NCBI GenBank assembly: GCA_963823555.1
Contig: CAWGMA010000001.1
Location: forward strand, 1,600,001-1,664,000
Direction of reading: 5' to 3'
Source: Candidatus Eiseniibacteriota bacterium
Lineage (GTDB): Bacteria; Eisenbacteria; RBG-16-71-46; CAVPCR01
DNA length: 64,000 nucleotides
Position 1 is the first letter of the stretch; every line of letters begins with the position of its first letter. Below are positions 11,062 to 21,956 of the stretch, in pieces. Position numbers and translations under genes: made by a program. Under the pieces are notes generated by a model. It saw only the letters and a program-made list of their open reading frames with translations, was not told the DNA's origin and did no database searches.

Positions 11062-11801
11062 CGTCTCTCCTCCCCTGCCGGTTCGCCCAGGATAGCAGCC
11101 AGCACCTGATCGAGCTCACTCAAGTCCCTGAAGATGGCATCGGGGTTGTGTGCCGCCAGCTCCTCCACCGTGAACGGACCGGTGGCGACCGCGATCGTGA
11201 TCGCGCCCGCCGCCGCTCCGCAGTCGATGTCGAGCGGGGTGTCCCCGATGACAACGACATCCCGGGGCGCAAACCGGTGGCCGGAGATCACGTGCGCACG
11301 ATCGATCGCGATCGCAACAAGGGCGCGGCGGTCCTCGGCATCGGAGCCGTAGGCGCCGAGCTGGAACAGGTGGCGGATGCCGAAGTACTCGAGCTTGATC
11401 GCCGCCCCACGCTCCAGGTTTCCGGTCAGGAGTCCGAGCAGAACCTGGGGATCGGCGGCAAGGCGCGTCAGGAGCTCCCTCACCCCCGGGAACAGGCGTG
11501 GGCGGTCGGAGGCAGCGAGTGCGGGCGCGAAACGTTCGAGATAGCGCTCGAGCACATCTCCGATCACCCGCTCGATGGCCGGCGCGTCATACCCTTCGCG
11601 AAGCAGGAGCTCGCGGACGATGCGGGGATCGGTCCGCCCTGCCATCGAGTAGCCCTGCATCGACACCGGATGTCCGACCACCTCGGACAGCGCCGCGGAG
11701 AAGATGCTCGAGGCGACACCCGCGGACGTCAGGAGCGTGCCGTCGATGTCGAAGAGAACGAGGCGCGAAGGACGGCTCGGAGCGTTCGAGTTCAAGGGCA
11801 T
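11058..11801 (-). CDS. HAD-family hydrolase
   Basis: [19 protein letters not shown]. Confidence 0.9.
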   Translation of the reverse strand: MPLNSNAPSRPSRLVLFDIDGTLLTSAGVASSIFSAALSEVVGHPVSMQGYSMAGRTDPRIVRELLLREGYDAPAIERVIGDVLERYLERFAPALAASDRPRLFPGVRELLTRLAADPQVLLGLLTGNLERGAAIKLEYFGIRHLFQLGAYGSDAEDRRALVAIAIDRAHVISGHRFAPRDVVVIGDTPLDIDCGAAAGAITIAVATGPFTVEELAAHNPDAIFRDLSELDQVLAAILGEPAGEERR

Positions 11802-12097
11802 GGCCGATGACGGGAGTGGTCACGCCTGGCGTTGAAACCGCCGGAAGTGCGTGATTGCCAAAAGAATCGAGGAATGCGACGACGGAGGCTATCACGCCAT
11901 CGTGAGACCGTCCACCGTTCCCCCTCGGTCCAACCGCCACCGCCATCCCGATGCCGCATCGCCTGGCGGGCGCCGTTCCGGTAGGATCACTGGCCATCAG
12001 CAGCCAGCTGGACCCGAAAGCGAAGCCTCCGCCGGCGAGGCCGCGTGTAGACTGAGCCATTCAGTCGCAGCACCGATCGCTCGTTTATCTGGAGCTC

Positions 12098-14242
12098 GTG
12101 ATGCCCATGACTTCTCCGCGAAAGCCCCTGCGTTCGGCGCTGGCCGGAGGCCTCGTCGTCCTCGGTGTGACCGTGGTGGCGGCGGGTGTCGTCTTCACCC
12201 ACGCCCGCCGCGTCCTCTACCATTCGCGGGCATTCGCCAACGTCGCCGCCGCCAGTCTCGATGATCCCCGCGTCGCCGCCTTCGCCGGCGACCGCGCCGC
12301 CCAGGCGATCATCCAGCACGACCGCGATCTCACACCCTTCCGCCCTCTCCTGCGCGCCACGGCCCAGACGATCGCCGCCTCCGAGCCCTTCCGCGCCATC
12401 GTCCGCGCCTCCGTCGCCCGCGCCCACGCCGCCGCCATGGCCGAGAGCAGCCGCAGGATCGTCCTCTCCGTGCCCGACTTGAGCGTTCTCGTGCGGAGCG
12501 CCCTGGAGAAGGCGAGCCCGGAACTCGCCGCCAAGATCCCATCCCGGGTGGCGACACGTATCGAGGCGGACGAGTATCCCTCGGTCCAGGTGCTGCTCGA
12601 CATCTGGGCGCTCGGCCACAAGTTGCGCTGGCTCTCCGTGGCTGGAATCGCCGGCGGGATGGCGCTCATCGTCGGCGGCGTGCTCCTCGCCATGCGCCGC
12701 CCACGGATCCTGTTCATGACCGGTGTCGGCTTCGCCGTGGCGGCCGTCGTGCTCATGCTGGGCATCCCACTCGGTCGTTTCATTCTCTCCGCCCAGGCCG
12801 AGGACCCGCTCGTCGCTGGCCTGGTCGCCGGATTGTGGGATGCCCTCACGGCGGGAATCCGGCCGCTCGCTCTCCTCCTCGCCGCGATCGGTGTCATCCT
12901 CGCCTCGGCAACCCGCTCCATCTTCGAGCGCATCGAGCTGGTCGCGCAGGCACGCCGCTTCGTCGACTGGCTCGGACGACGACCCACGCGCGCGGCGCCG
13001 CAGCTCGGGCGCGCGCTGCTCCTCCTCGGGATCGGCGTCCTGGCCATGGCCAGCCCGAGCGATGCGGTCTCCATCTTCATCGTCCTGGGAGGCGCCGCCC
13101 TGGCCTTCATTGGACTCGGTGAGCTCTTCTCTCTGATCCTCCGCGCCCTACCCGAGGAAGAGGAAGTCCAGGCCGCGCTGGCAGGCGCCGGCTCGCGATG
13201 GCTACGCACATTCATCGTGGTCGGGCTCGCGCTCGCGCTCGGCAGCGGCGTCTTCCTCCTCGCCCAGCGGCACAGCGCACTCCCCGTGGCAGCGCTCGAT
13301 GCCTGCAACGGCGCCGCGGAACTATGCCAGCGCCCTCTGGATCAAGTGGTCTTCCCGGCAGCACACAATGCGATGTCTTCGGAAGACATTCCCAACTGGA
13401 TGTTTCCCCAGCAGGAGAAGGGAGCCCGCACCCAGCTCACCGACGGGATCCGCGCGCTCCTCATCGATGCGCACTATGGGCGGCCGGTAGGCGATGGGGT
13501 GAAGACCGACATTGAGCGCGAGCGCGGATCCGAAGAGAAGTACGCCGAGGCGATCGGCGAGGAAGGAGTCGCGGCGGCGATGCGGATTCGCGATCGCCTC
13601 GTCGGCCTCGACGAGGGTCCGCTCGGCGTCTATCTGTGTCACGGCTTCTGTGAGCTGGGAGCCATCCCCCTCGTCGAGATGCTGCACACCCTCCATCAGT
13701 TCCTGGTCGAGAACCCGAACGAGGTCGTGCTCGTGGTCGTCGAGGATTACGTCGCCCCGGAGGATCTGCTCGCGGCCTTCGAGGAGAGCGGCCTCGCCGA
13801 ACTGGCCTACAAGGGAGCGGTGACACCGCCATGGCCGACGCTCCGCGAGATGATCGACACCGCTGGGAGACTCGTCGTGTTCACCGAGTCCGGGCGCTCC
13901 GCCGCGCCCTGGATTCACCCGGCCTTCGAGACCATCCAGGAAACCCCCTATACATTTCACCAGCCGGGGGAATTCTCCTGCGCTCCGAACCGCGGCGGGA
14001 CCCGTGGCTCCCTCTTCCAGATCAACCACTGGATCGACACCGCACCGACCCCTTTGCCCAAGAACGCCGCCATCGTCAACGCCTTTGACTTTCTCCTTGC
14101 CCGGGCGCGGAAGTGTGAGACGGAGCGCGGTCAGCTTCCCAACATCGTGGCCGTCGACTTCTATCGCACCGGGGATCTCTTCCGCGTGGTCCGCGCATTG
14201 AATGGCCTGGAAGAGCCGGCGCCTGCGGCCGGCGAGCGCTAG
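12098..14242 (+). CDS. Multi-pass membrane protein with C-terminal PI-PLC-like phosphodiesterase domain
   Basis: Several TM helices, then CNG..LC...AAHNAMS, GIRALLIDAH, LCHGFC, NIVAVDFY. Confidence 0.75.
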   Translation: MMPMTSPRKPLRSALAGGLVVLGVTVVAAGVVFTHARRVLYHSRAFANVAAASLDDPRVAAFAGDRAAQAIIQHDRDLTPFRPLLRATAQTIAASEPFRAIVRASVARAHAAAMAESSRRIVLSVPDLSVLVRSALEKASPELAAKIPSRVATRIEADEYPSVQVLLDIWALGHKLRWLSVAGIAGGMALIVGGVLLAMRRPRILFMTGVGFAVAAVVLMLGIPLGRFILSAQAEDPLVAGLVAGLWDALTAGIRPLALLLAAIGVILASATRSIFERIELVAQARRFVDWLGRRPTRAAPQLGRALLLLGIGVLAMASPSDAVSIFIVLGGAALAFIGLGELFSLILRALPEEEEVQAALAGAGSRWLRTFIVVGLALALGSGVFLLAQRHSALPVAALDACNGAAELCQRPLDQVVFPAAHNAMSSEDIPNWMFPQQEKGARTQLTDGIRALLIDAHYGRPVGDGVKTDIERERGSEEKYAEAIGEEGVAAAMRIRDRLVGLDEGPLGVYLCHGFCELGAIPLVEMLHTLHQFLVENPNEVVLVVVEDYVAPEDLLAAFEESGLAELAYKGAVTPPWPTLREMIDTAGRLVVFTESGRSAAPWIHPAFETIQETPYTFHQPGEFSCAPNRGGTRGSLFQINHWIDTAPTPLPKNAAIVNAFDFLLARARKCETERGQLPNIVAVDFYRTGDLFRVVRALNGLEEPAPAAGER

Positions 14243-14296
14243 CGCTCGCCAGCGGGAGCGCGCAGGCACCAAGGACTGCGGTCGCGCAACCGCCGG

Positions 14297-15217
14297 CTAT
14301 CGCGTCGGCGGTCGGGCCCCCACCTCGGCCAGGAGACCATCACCAACGAGGCTCCGGACGATCTCGGCCTCCGTCCCCGCTTCAGCACCGAGTTCCCGCG
14401 CTCTCGCGGCCAGCCCCTCCCGCGGCACCGGCTCTTCCGCGGCAGCCAGCAAGTGGAAGAGCTCGGCGGTGATCGTGGCATAGACAACCTGCTTGTCCAT
14501 CGCGTCGCCGTCATCGAGTGCGCTTGGCTCGACGAGCACGTGCTCGGACGCATCGGGCGCGAGATCGAGCAGGACGGGAAGGGACCAGCGTGCATCCAGC
14601 AGTGATTGGAGGGCGGTGCGGCCGCGAGCCACGAGCGCCCGACTGATCCGATCGTGGAGCTGCGTCGTCCCTGATGGCAGTTCCAGAATTTTCGCCCACG
14701 GAGCCAGCTGAAGGGCGCTGGATGGATCGGCTACCGCTCTCGAGGTTGCCACGAGACTTCGCGCACCCGCCCTCCGCACGCGTGCGATCGCCGTCTCGAG
14801 CCGCACCAGTGGTGCGACGCGCGCGTCGGCCCTGATGCCGCCGTGCACCTCCGCGGCCAGGTACTCGGCGAACGCGAAGACCATGGATTCCCCGTCCCGA
14901 ACCGAGCGATGAAAGTTCCCGCTCGAGAAGAACGCATCCAGAAGCTCCGTCTCGGGGCGCCGGGGCCCCTCACGCCCGCGCCGGAGCACGAAGGCGGCGG
15001 CGGTGGGGAACTCCTCCATGAGCACCCCGAGGGAGCGCGAGCGGCGCCAGGGATCGGTGCGATAGGCTCGAGGATCCGGGGCCACGAGCCAGGATGCTTC
15101 GACCGCTGTGATCTCTTCGCCGGCGAGGGCCGCTCTCGTGTCTTCATAGATGGCCCGGGCGAAGCTCTCGTCATAGAGCATCCGCACCATGACGCGATAC
15201 AGATCTCTCGTGCTCAT
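14297..15217 (-). CDS. Putative MNIO partner protein (DUF2063-like/RRE-like) downstream of DUF692
   Basis: Co-oriented 25 bp after the DUF692 gene; 'L.EEFP....L...FF....F..YL....LVRLE.A' pattern resembles MNIO partners. Confidence 0.6.
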   Translation of the reverse strand: MSTRDLYRVMVRMLYDESFARAIYEDTRAALAGEEITAVEASWLVAPDPRAYRTDPWRRSRSLGVLMEEFPTAAAFVLRRGREGPRRPETELLDAFFSSGNFHRSVRDGESMVFAFAEYLAAEVHGGIRADARVAPLVRLETAIARVRRAGARSLVATSRAVADPSSALQLAPWAKILELPSGTTQLHDRISRALVARGRTALQSLLDARWSLPVLLDLAPDASEHVLVEPSALDDGDAMDKQVVYATITAELFHLLAAAEEPVPREGLAARARELGAEAGTEAEIVRSLVGDGLLAEVGARPPTR

Positions 15218-15242
15218 GATGGCACCCTGCGCCGAATCCGCA

Positions 15243-16130
15243 TCAACCGCTCATTTTCTCCGCAAGCACCGAGTCGCGGAGCACACGAGCGATTCGCTCG
15301 AACGCAGGCACGTTGGCTGCGAGAGGATTCCGCTCGCACTCGAAAACCACCGCCCGCAGATTACCGGCGCGTGGTGCCACATGCTCCAGGATCGACCAGG
15401 TGTCGTCCAGCACTTCCGGCTTGTGATCGTCCTCGACGAACGGGAAGCCGGCATGCTCCCTCTCCGTGCCCCCGGCGACGTGAAGCTCGACGACGCGCTC
15501 GAGCGGAAAGCGATCGAGACCGTCGAGCGGGCCGCGTCCCTGCATGCGCTGGTAGATGGCCAGGTGAGCGCAATCGAGGACCAGGCCGGTGTCGGCCTCT
15601 TCGCTCAACCGGGCGAAGAAGTCGAGCAGATGGAGGTCGCCGACAAAGACGTGTCCGGGCGGGTTCTCAGGCAAGACCTCCCGACCGACAGCGGCCCGCA
15701 GGCGGCGAATGCCCGCAGCCATCGAGGTCGCCGATTGCGCGCTCAGGATCGGCGGCAGGAGCAGCATGTGTCCGCGTTCACGCCGCCCGAAATGCCAGAG
15801 GCCGGCATCGCCACAAATCCAGGCCGGCTGGAGAGTGGCGGCGATCCCGCGCACGGCATCGAGCCACTCCGCGGCGAAATCCTCCTCGTCGTCGAGGTTC
15901 AGATCAAGGAAGTGATAGGTGGTGGGCAGACCGTGCTCCGCCCACGTTCGGGCCGCACGGTCGAGCCCCTTGACGGTCTCGACGCCAACCTCGAGAAAGG
16001 CCGCCCACTCCGGATGAGCGTAGCAGAGCGCATTCAGATCGAGCGCGTCCACGCTTTGCGCGGCGCCGAACTCGGTCGAAACACCGAGTCCCAGGAGCGG
16101 TAACGCCTCGACCCTACGACGGAAGTCCAT
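15243..16130 (-). CDS. DUF692 / multinuclear non-heme iron oxidative enzyme (MNIO)
   Basis: LGLGV, YHF, LLLPP, PENPP, LVLDCAH, ELHVAGG, DDH, FECE. Confidence 0.85.
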   Translation of the reverse strand: MDFRRRVEALPLLGLGVSTEFGAAQSVDALDLNALCYAHPEWAAFLEVGVETVKGLDRAARTWAEHGLPTTYHFLDLNLDDEEDFAAEWLDAVRGIAATLQPAWICGDAGLWHFGRRERGHMLLLPPILSAQSATSMAAGIRRLRAAVGREVLPENPPGHVFVGDLHLLDFFARLSEEADTGLVLDCAHLAIYQRMQGRGPLDGLDRFPLERVVELHVAGGTEREHAGFPFVEDDHKPEVLDDTWSILEHVAPRAGNLRAVVFECERNPLAANVPAFERIARVLRDSVLAEKMSG

Positions 16131-16277
16131 TTCTCGATGTCTCCGTGGTGCTCTCACGCCTGGAATGAGCTCTGGTCGCGTCCGCGTCAGCCGCCGCGCC
16201 GAGCCCGGGTCCTGCGGCCGCCTGAACGCACGCGCTCCATCGGGGCGCGCCCGGAATGATAGTGTACGCTCTCAGCC

Positions 16278-18128
16278 ATGCGTGGGAGTACGCGATCATC
16301 AGACCCCGACGGTCTTCCCCCTTCCAGGCGGCCACCGTCTCCGGTAGCCCGCACGCCGCTACTCATCCTCGCCATCCTCCTCATGGGATGGCTCGCCTAC
16401 GGTCGCTCCCCCCATGTTGCGTTTCAACTCGACGACTTCCCAGCGGTCGTCGAGAACCCGGCACTGACTGCCCCCGTCACCCTCGCAGGTCTCCTGAAGC
16501 CATCGGCGGCGGGCGCGGACTATGTGCGCCCCGTCCTCTTCCTCGGCTATCGCGCCACCGAGGCTCTGGCTCACCGCGGATCCGGTGTGCCGAATCTGGC
16601 CCGGCGCTCGGCGGCACATCACCTCGGGAACCTCCTGCTCCACCTTGCCAGTGCGCTCCTCGTGCTGGCCCTCGGCCGCACGCTCGAGGACCGGATCGGG
16701 CAACGGACCTGGGCCCCGGGGCTCGCCGCCCTCCTCTTCGCGGTGCATCCCGCGCTCTCCCAGGGCGTCTACTATGTCGCCGCCAGGAGTTCCGTGCAGC
16801 TGACGACACTGGCCCTGATCGCGGTCTCCCTCGCTCTCCACCGCCCGCAGATGAAAGCGGCATCGATCACGGCGCTCGTTGCCACGGCGCTCGCCCTCCT
16901 GACCAAGGAGCCTGCGCTCGCGATCCCGGCGCTCATCCTCGTTGTCGGGCGACTCACCGATTCCCAGCGCCAGTGGCCGCTTCGACTCGCCGCCCCCCAC
17001 TTCCTTCTCGCTGCGGCCGCCCTCGTGCTCTTGCTCTCTCGCTCGGCTGCGCACTTCCAGCCTCCTCTCATCGATTTTGCGCTGATGCAGGTGCGCGCCG
17101 TGTTCCGTTACGCCCAGCTTCTCGTCTGGCCGCATGGGCTCAGCGTGGACTATGGCTGGGTGCCGCCACCCGCGGCCGCTTACTGGCCCCTGAGTCGAGA
17201 CTTCAGCGGCGGCGACTTCCGCGCCCTGGTGGTCGCCGCCGTGCTTCTCACCCTTCTGCTACTCCTCGCGCTCGCTGCGGGACGCCACCGAGCGCTCGCC
17301 GCCGCCGGGACCGCCTGGTTCGTGATCGCCCTCCTACCCACCTCGAGCCTGTTCCCGATCCGCGATCCCATCTTCGAGCATCACTTGATCTTCGCCGCAC
17401 CCGGGTTCTTCCTTGCACTTGCCGATGCCATCGCCGCGGGGGCTACCGCAATCCACCGCCGTTGTCCGCGCCTGGTCTCCATCATTCCACCGCTGGGCGC
17501 TCTCATCCTCATCGTTCTCGCGCTCCAGGCTCGCGACCGCAGCCATGCCTGGGAGAGCGAGCAGGCGCTCTGGGCGGACACGCTGGCCAAGCAACCGCAG
17601 AACCCGCGTGCGGCCTTCAACCTCGCGGCGGCGATCACGACCGAGCTCGCGACCACACGAGACGCCACCGAGCGCGCGGCGAGACGCGCCCGAGCCGAGG
17701 CGCTCTATCGCCGCACGCTCGCACTCCATCCTGAACACGCCTATGGCTACGAGCTCCGCGCCTATGCCTACACCAACCTGGGCTATCTCTACCTCGATGC
17801 AGCGCGCAGTCCCGATGCACTCCCGGCGCAAGCCAAGGCCGATCGGGATCGCGCCATCGCCGTTCTCGATACCGCCATCACCTTCCCGGTGCGGGCTGGC
17901 GCCGCGGAGGTTCCCTATCCCCTCGCCTACGAGAACCTGGGGCGGGCACTCATCGAACGAGCCGTGGCTCGTCGCCACGAGTCCGATCCGCATGCCATCG
18001 CCGACGCCGAACGCGCCCGCACCGCCTTTGTGGTCGAGCGCGAGCTTGCCCCCGGCCCCGAGGTCGAGCGCCGTCTCGCCGCGACCGAAGCCCTTCTCCG
18101 TGAGCTCGCCGCGCCCCCCGCACCCTGA
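16278..18128 (+). CDS. TMTC-like GT-C membrane glycosyltransferase with C-terminal TPR repeats
   Basis: FQLDD..VVENP, YVRPV, FAVHP...V.YVAARS, TKE, WESEQALWADTLAKQPQNPRA, TPR-like helices. Confidence 0.75.
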   Translation: MRGSTRSSDPDGLPPSRRPPSPVARTPLLILAILLMGWLAYGRSPHVAFQLDDFPAVVENPALTAPVTLAGLLKPSAAGADYVRPVLFLGYRATEALAHRGSGVPNLARRSAAHHLGNLLLHLASALLVLALGRTLEDRIGQRTWAPGLAALLFAVHPALSQGVYYVAARSSVQLTTLALIAVSLALHRPQMKAASITALVATALALLTKEPALAIPALILVVGRLTDSQRQWPLRLAAPHFLLAAAALVLLLSRSAAHFQPPLIDFALMQVRAVFRYAQLLVWPHGLSVDYGWVPPPAAAYWPLSRDFSGGDFRALVVAAVLLTLLLLLALAAGRHRALAAAGTAWFVIALLPTSSLFPIRDPIFEHHLIFAAPGFFLALADAIAAGATAIHRRCPRLVSIIPPLGALILIVLALQARDRSHAWESEQALWADTLAKQPQNPRAAFNLAAAITTELATTRDATERAARRARAEALYRRTLALHPEHAYGYELRAYAYTNLGYLYLDAARSPDALPAQAKADRDRAIAVLDTAITFPVRAGAAEVPYPLAYENLGRALIERAVARRHESDPHAIADAERARTAFVVERELAPGPEVERRLAATEALLRELAAPPAP

Positions 18129-18240
18129 TCACACCGCCCCTCGACACCAGGCTGCGCGCCGGCCGCATTGACCCGGCGCACCGCCCGCGCTAACATCGCA
18201 GGCCGTCATTGCTTGCCGTTCAGGCAACAAGGAGACCAGG

Positions 18241-19878
18241 ATGCAGGACCCCGGGCGCACCTCGCGCAACAAGGCATCAACGACTGCCGGTGCCGCCGCG
18301 CCGCCGCAGAACCACCACACCAAGCCACGTACCACCGCCTCGAAGATCCAGGAGCTCGCCGCGCGCAAGGCCCAGGTGCTCCTCGGCGGCGGCCGCGAGC
18401 GCATCGCATCCGAGCACAAGAAAGGCAAGCTCACCGCCCGCGAGCGCATCGCGCTCCTCCTCGACCCCGGCACGTTCACCGAGACCGGGGTCTTCGTCAC
18501 CCATCGCTGCACCGATTTCGACATGGAGCGCCGCCGCATCCCCGGCGATGGGGTCGTCTCCGGTTACGGACGCATCGACGGCCGGCTCGTGTTCGTCTTC
18601 GCCCAGGACTTCACCGTCTTCGGCGGCACCCTCTCCGAGGCCAATGCCCAGAAGATCTGCAACATCATGGACCGCGCCATGGAGAACGGCGCACCGGTGA
18701 TCGGCCTCAACGACTCGGGCGGCGCCCGGATCCAGGAAGGAGTGCAGTCCCTCGGCGGCTATGCCGACATCTTCCTCCGCAACACGCTCGCCTCCGGCGT
18801 CGTTCCCCAGATCTCGGCGGTCATGGGCCCCTGCGCCGGCGGCGCCGTCTACTCCCCCGCCATCACCGACTTCACGATCATGGTCAAGGAGACGAGCCAC
18901 ATGTTCGTCACCGGCCCGGACGTCATCAAGGCGGTGACGAACGAGGAGGTGACGTTCGAGGAGCTGGGCGGAGCGATGACCCACAACACGAAGAGCGGGG
19001 TCGCCCACTTCGCCACCGACGACGAAGAGGACTGCATCCGCCTCATTCGCCGCCTCGTGGGGTTCATCCCCCAGAACAACGTCGATGACCCGCCGCGCGT
19101 GAAGCCCAGCGATGACCCCAATCGCATGGATATCGAGCTCAATGCGATCGTCCCCGACGAGCCGAACCGCCCCTACGACATGAAGGACGTCGTTCGCCGC
19201 GTGGTCGACGACGGCGACTTCCTCGAGGTGCACGAGCACTACGCTCGGAACATCATCGTCGGCTTCGCCCGCCTCGACGGCCGCCCGGTGGGCATCGTCG
19301 GCAATCAGCCGAACGTGCTGGCCGGCGTCCTCGACAACGACTCCTCGATCAAGGGCGCTCGCTTCGTCCGCTTCTGCGACGCTTTCAACATCCCGATCGT
19401 CACCTTCGAGGACGTGCCCGGCTTCCTGCCCGGCACGGCCCAGGAATGGGGCGGCATCATCAAGAACGGCGCCAAGCTCCTCTACGCCTACTGCGAGGCC
19501 ACGGTCCCCAAGCTCACGGTCGTCGTGCGCAAGGCCTACGGCGGCGCCTATGACGTCATGTCCTCGAAGCACGTCCGCGGCGACTACAACATCGCCTGGC
19601 CGACCGCCGAGCTCGCGGTCATGGGCGCCGAGGGCGCGGTCAAGATCATCTTCCGCAAGGAGCTCGGCGAATCCGCCGATCCCGCCCGCCGCCAGCGCGA
19701 GCTCGTCGAGGACTACAACACCAAGTTCGCCAATCCCTACATCGCCGCCGAGCTGGGCTACCTCGACGACGTGATCGAACCGCGGGAGACGCGCCCACGT
19801 CTGATCTCGGCGCTGGCCATGCTCGAATCGAAGACCCAGGCCCTGCCGGCGAAGAAGCACGGCAACCTCCCTCTCTAG
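18241..19878 (+). CDS. pccB: Acyl-CoA (propionyl-CoA) carboxylase carboxyltransferase subunit
   Basis: [39 protein letters not shown]. Confidence 0.93.
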   Translation: MQDPGRTSRNKASTTAGAAAPPQNHHTKPRTTASKIQELAARKAQVLLGGGRERIASEHKKGKLTARERIALLLDPGTFTETGVFVTHRCTDFDMERRRIPGDGVVSGYGRIDGRLVFVFAQDFTVFGGTLSEANAQKICNIMDRAMENGAPVIGLNDSGGARIQEGVQSLGGYADIFLRNTLASGVVPQISAVMGPCAGGAVYSPAITDFTIMVKETSHMFVTGPDVIKAVTNEEVTFEELGGAMTHNTKSGVAHFATDDEEDCIRLIRRLVGFIPQNNVDDPPRVKPSDDPNRMDIELNAIVPDEPNRPYDMKDVVRRVVDDGDFLEVHEHYARNIIVGFARLDGRPVGIVGNQPNVLAGVLDNDSSIKGARFVRFCDAFNIPIVTFEDVPGFLPGTAQEWGGIIKNGAKLLYAYCEATVPKLTVVVRKAYGGAYDVMSSKHVRGDYNIAWPTAELAVMGAEGAVKIIFRKELGESADPARRQRELVEDYNTKFANPYIAAELGYLDDVIEPRETRPRLISALAMLESKTQALPAKKHGNLPL

Positions 19879-19888
19879 GACTGCCACC

Positions 19889-21397
19889 ATGCCCATCCGC
19901 AAAGTCTTGATCGCCAACCGGGGTGAGATCGCGGTCCGCGTGATGCGTGCCGTCCGCGAGCTCGGCATGACCTCGGTCGCCGTCTACTCCGAGGCCGATC
20001 GCGTCAGCATGCATGTTCGCCTCGCTGACGAGGCCGTACTCATCGGACCCCCGCCGGCCGGCGAGAGCTACCTCCGCATCGATCGCCTGCTCGAGGCGGC
20101 GGAGCGCACCGGCGCCGATGCCATCCATCCGGGCTACGGATTCCTCGCCGAGAACGCGACCTTCGCCCGCGAGGTGGTGCGCGCCGGCCTCACCTTCATC
20201 GGACCGTCCGGCCGCACCATGGAACTCATGGGGAACAAGCTCCAGGCCCGGGCCACCGCCGCCCGCATCGGGGTGCCGGTGATCCCGGGCTCGCCCGCGC
20301 TCGCCGACCCGGCAGCCGCCCGCGCTGCCGCCGAGAAGATCGGCTTCCCGGTGATGCTCAAGGCCGCCGCCGGCGGGGGCGGCAAGGGCATGCGCATCGT
20401 GCGCAGCGGCGACGAGCTCGAGCGCGCGCTCGCGCTCACCCGCGGCGAGGCGGCATCAGCGTTCGGGGACGATGAGGTCTATCTCGAGAAGCTGATCGAG
20501 CATCCGCACCACGTGGAGATCCAGATCCTCTGCGACACGCAGGGCAATGCGGTCTATCTCGGTGAGCGCGACTGCTCGATCCAGCGCCGCCATCAGAAGC
20601 TCGTCGAAGAGACCCCATCCCCGTTGATCGATGAAGAGACGCGACAGGCCATGGGCGCAGCCGCGCTCAAGCTGGCGCGTGAGGTGGGCTACGTGAACGC
20701 CGGGACGGTCGAGTTCATGGTCGATGCGGAACGGCGCTTCTACTTTCTCGAGATGAACACCCGGCTCCAGGTCGAGCACCCGGTCACCGAGATGGTGACC
20801 GGCCTCGACATCGTGCACGAGCAGCTCGCCGTGGCCGAGGGAAAACCCATCACCATCGACCAGGGCAAGGTCCACGCGCGCGGCGCGGCGATCGAGTGCC
20901 GGATCTCCGCCGAGGACCCCGCCAACGATTTCCTGCCGTCGCTCGGCACCATCACCCGCTTGCGCTTTCCCTCCGGCCCCGGTGTCCGCAACGACGCCGG
21001 CATCTACCCCGGCTTCGAGATCCCGATCTACTACGATCCGCTGCTGGCCAAGCTCATCGTCTGGGGTCGCAATCGAGAGGAAGCCCGCCGGCGTCTCGAC
21101 CGCGCCCTCGGCGAGTACGTGATCGAAGGGCTCCGTACCAACCTGCCCTTTCATCGCTGGATCGTTCGCCATCCGCGCTTCGCCGCGGGCGAGTACGACA
21201 CGGGCTTCATCGGTGAGGAGTGGAAGGGTGCGATCCCGGGCAGCGCGGATGAGGAGGCTCTGGCCATCATCGCCTCCGCCGTGCAAGCGATGGAAGACCG
21301 CCGCCGAACGGCGACCGCGCCGATCGCCACCACGGCGAACGGTGGGAACATGAGCCGCTGGCGGTTCCGCACGCGCGCCGCGCGCGGTGCGGTCTAG
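19889..21397 (+). CDS. accC: Biotin carboxylase subunit
   Basis: KVLIANRGEIAVR, HPGYGFLAEN, GGGGKGMR, EMNTRLQVEHPVTE. Confidence 0.93.
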   Translation: MPIRKVLIANRGEIAVRVMRAVRELGMTSVAVYSEADRVSMHVRLADEAVLIGPPPAGESYLRIDRLLEAAERTGADAIHPGYGFLAENATFAREVVRAGLTFIGPSGRTMELMGNKLQARATAARIGVPVIPGSPALADPAAARAAAEKIGFPVMLKAAAGGGGKGMRIVRSGDELERALALTRGEAASAFGDDEVYLEKLIEHPHHVEIQILCDTQGNAVYLGERDCSIQRRHQKLVEETPSPLIDEETRQAMGAAALKLAREVGYVNAGTVEFMVDAERRFYFLEMNTRLQVEHPVTEMVTGLDIVHEQLAVAEGKPITIDQGKVHARGAAIECRISAEDPANDFLPSLGTITRLRFPSGPGVRNDAGIYPGFEIPIYYDPLLAKLIVWGRNREEARRRLDRALGEYVIEGLRTNLPFHRWIVRHPRFAAGEYDTGFIGEEWKGAIPGSADEEALAIIASAVQAMEDRRRTATAPIATTANGGNMSRWRFRTRAARGAV

Positions 21398-21414
21398 GCG
21401 AGAGAGGCCATCCC

Positions 21415-21933
21415 ATGGATTATCGAATCACCATCGGCGATCGCGATGAGAAGGTCCGCATCGAGGAGCAGAACGGCCACTACATCGTCTCGATCGGTGA
21501 GAAGACCTATCAAGTCGATGCCGTCCGGCTGGGAGGCAGCTCGACCCTTTCTCTGCTGATCGACGGACGCTCGGCCGAGGCCGAGATGGTCGCCCTCGAC
21601 GAGGGCTATCTCGTGCATTTGCGCACGCGCTCGATCGAGGTCGAGGTCCAGAACGAGGTGCTGGCCGGCGCCGGAACCCGGCGCCGCAAGGCTCAAGCCT
21701 CCGGCATGCTCGAGGTGGCCAGTCCCATGCCCGGGCTCGTCATCGAGATCAAGGCCCAGCCGGGAGAACGCGTCGCGGCCGGCCAACCGCTCGTCATCGT
21801 CGAGGCCATGAAGATGCGCAACGAGTTCGCCGCACACGCCCCGGCCGTGGTCAAGGAAATCAAGATCAAGCCCGGCCAGACGGTGACCGGCGGTCAGGTG
21901 CTGATGACGCTGGAAGCGATCAGCGAGGGCTAG
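21415..21933 (+). CDS. Biotin carboxyl carrier protein
   Basis: [14 protein letters not shown] biotinylation motif. Confidence 0.92.
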   Translation: MDYRITIGDRDEKVRIEEQNGHYIVSIGEKTYQVDAVRLGGSSTLSLLIDGRSAEAEMVALDEGYLVHLRTRSIEVEVQNEVLAGAGTRRRKAQASGMLEVASPMPGLVIEIKAQPGERVAAGQPLVIVEAMKMRNEFAAHAPAVVKEIKIKPGQTVTGGQVLMTLEAISEG

Positions 21934-21956
21934 TTGCCCTCCGGCGAGGACGAGCC

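Noticed and set aside
15171..15245. Possible Sec readthrough of the DUF692 TGA giving U-CGFGAGCHHEH...
   Set aside because: The DUF692 domain is already complete, no hairpin sits at SECIS spacing, and the extension overlaps the next gene's start.
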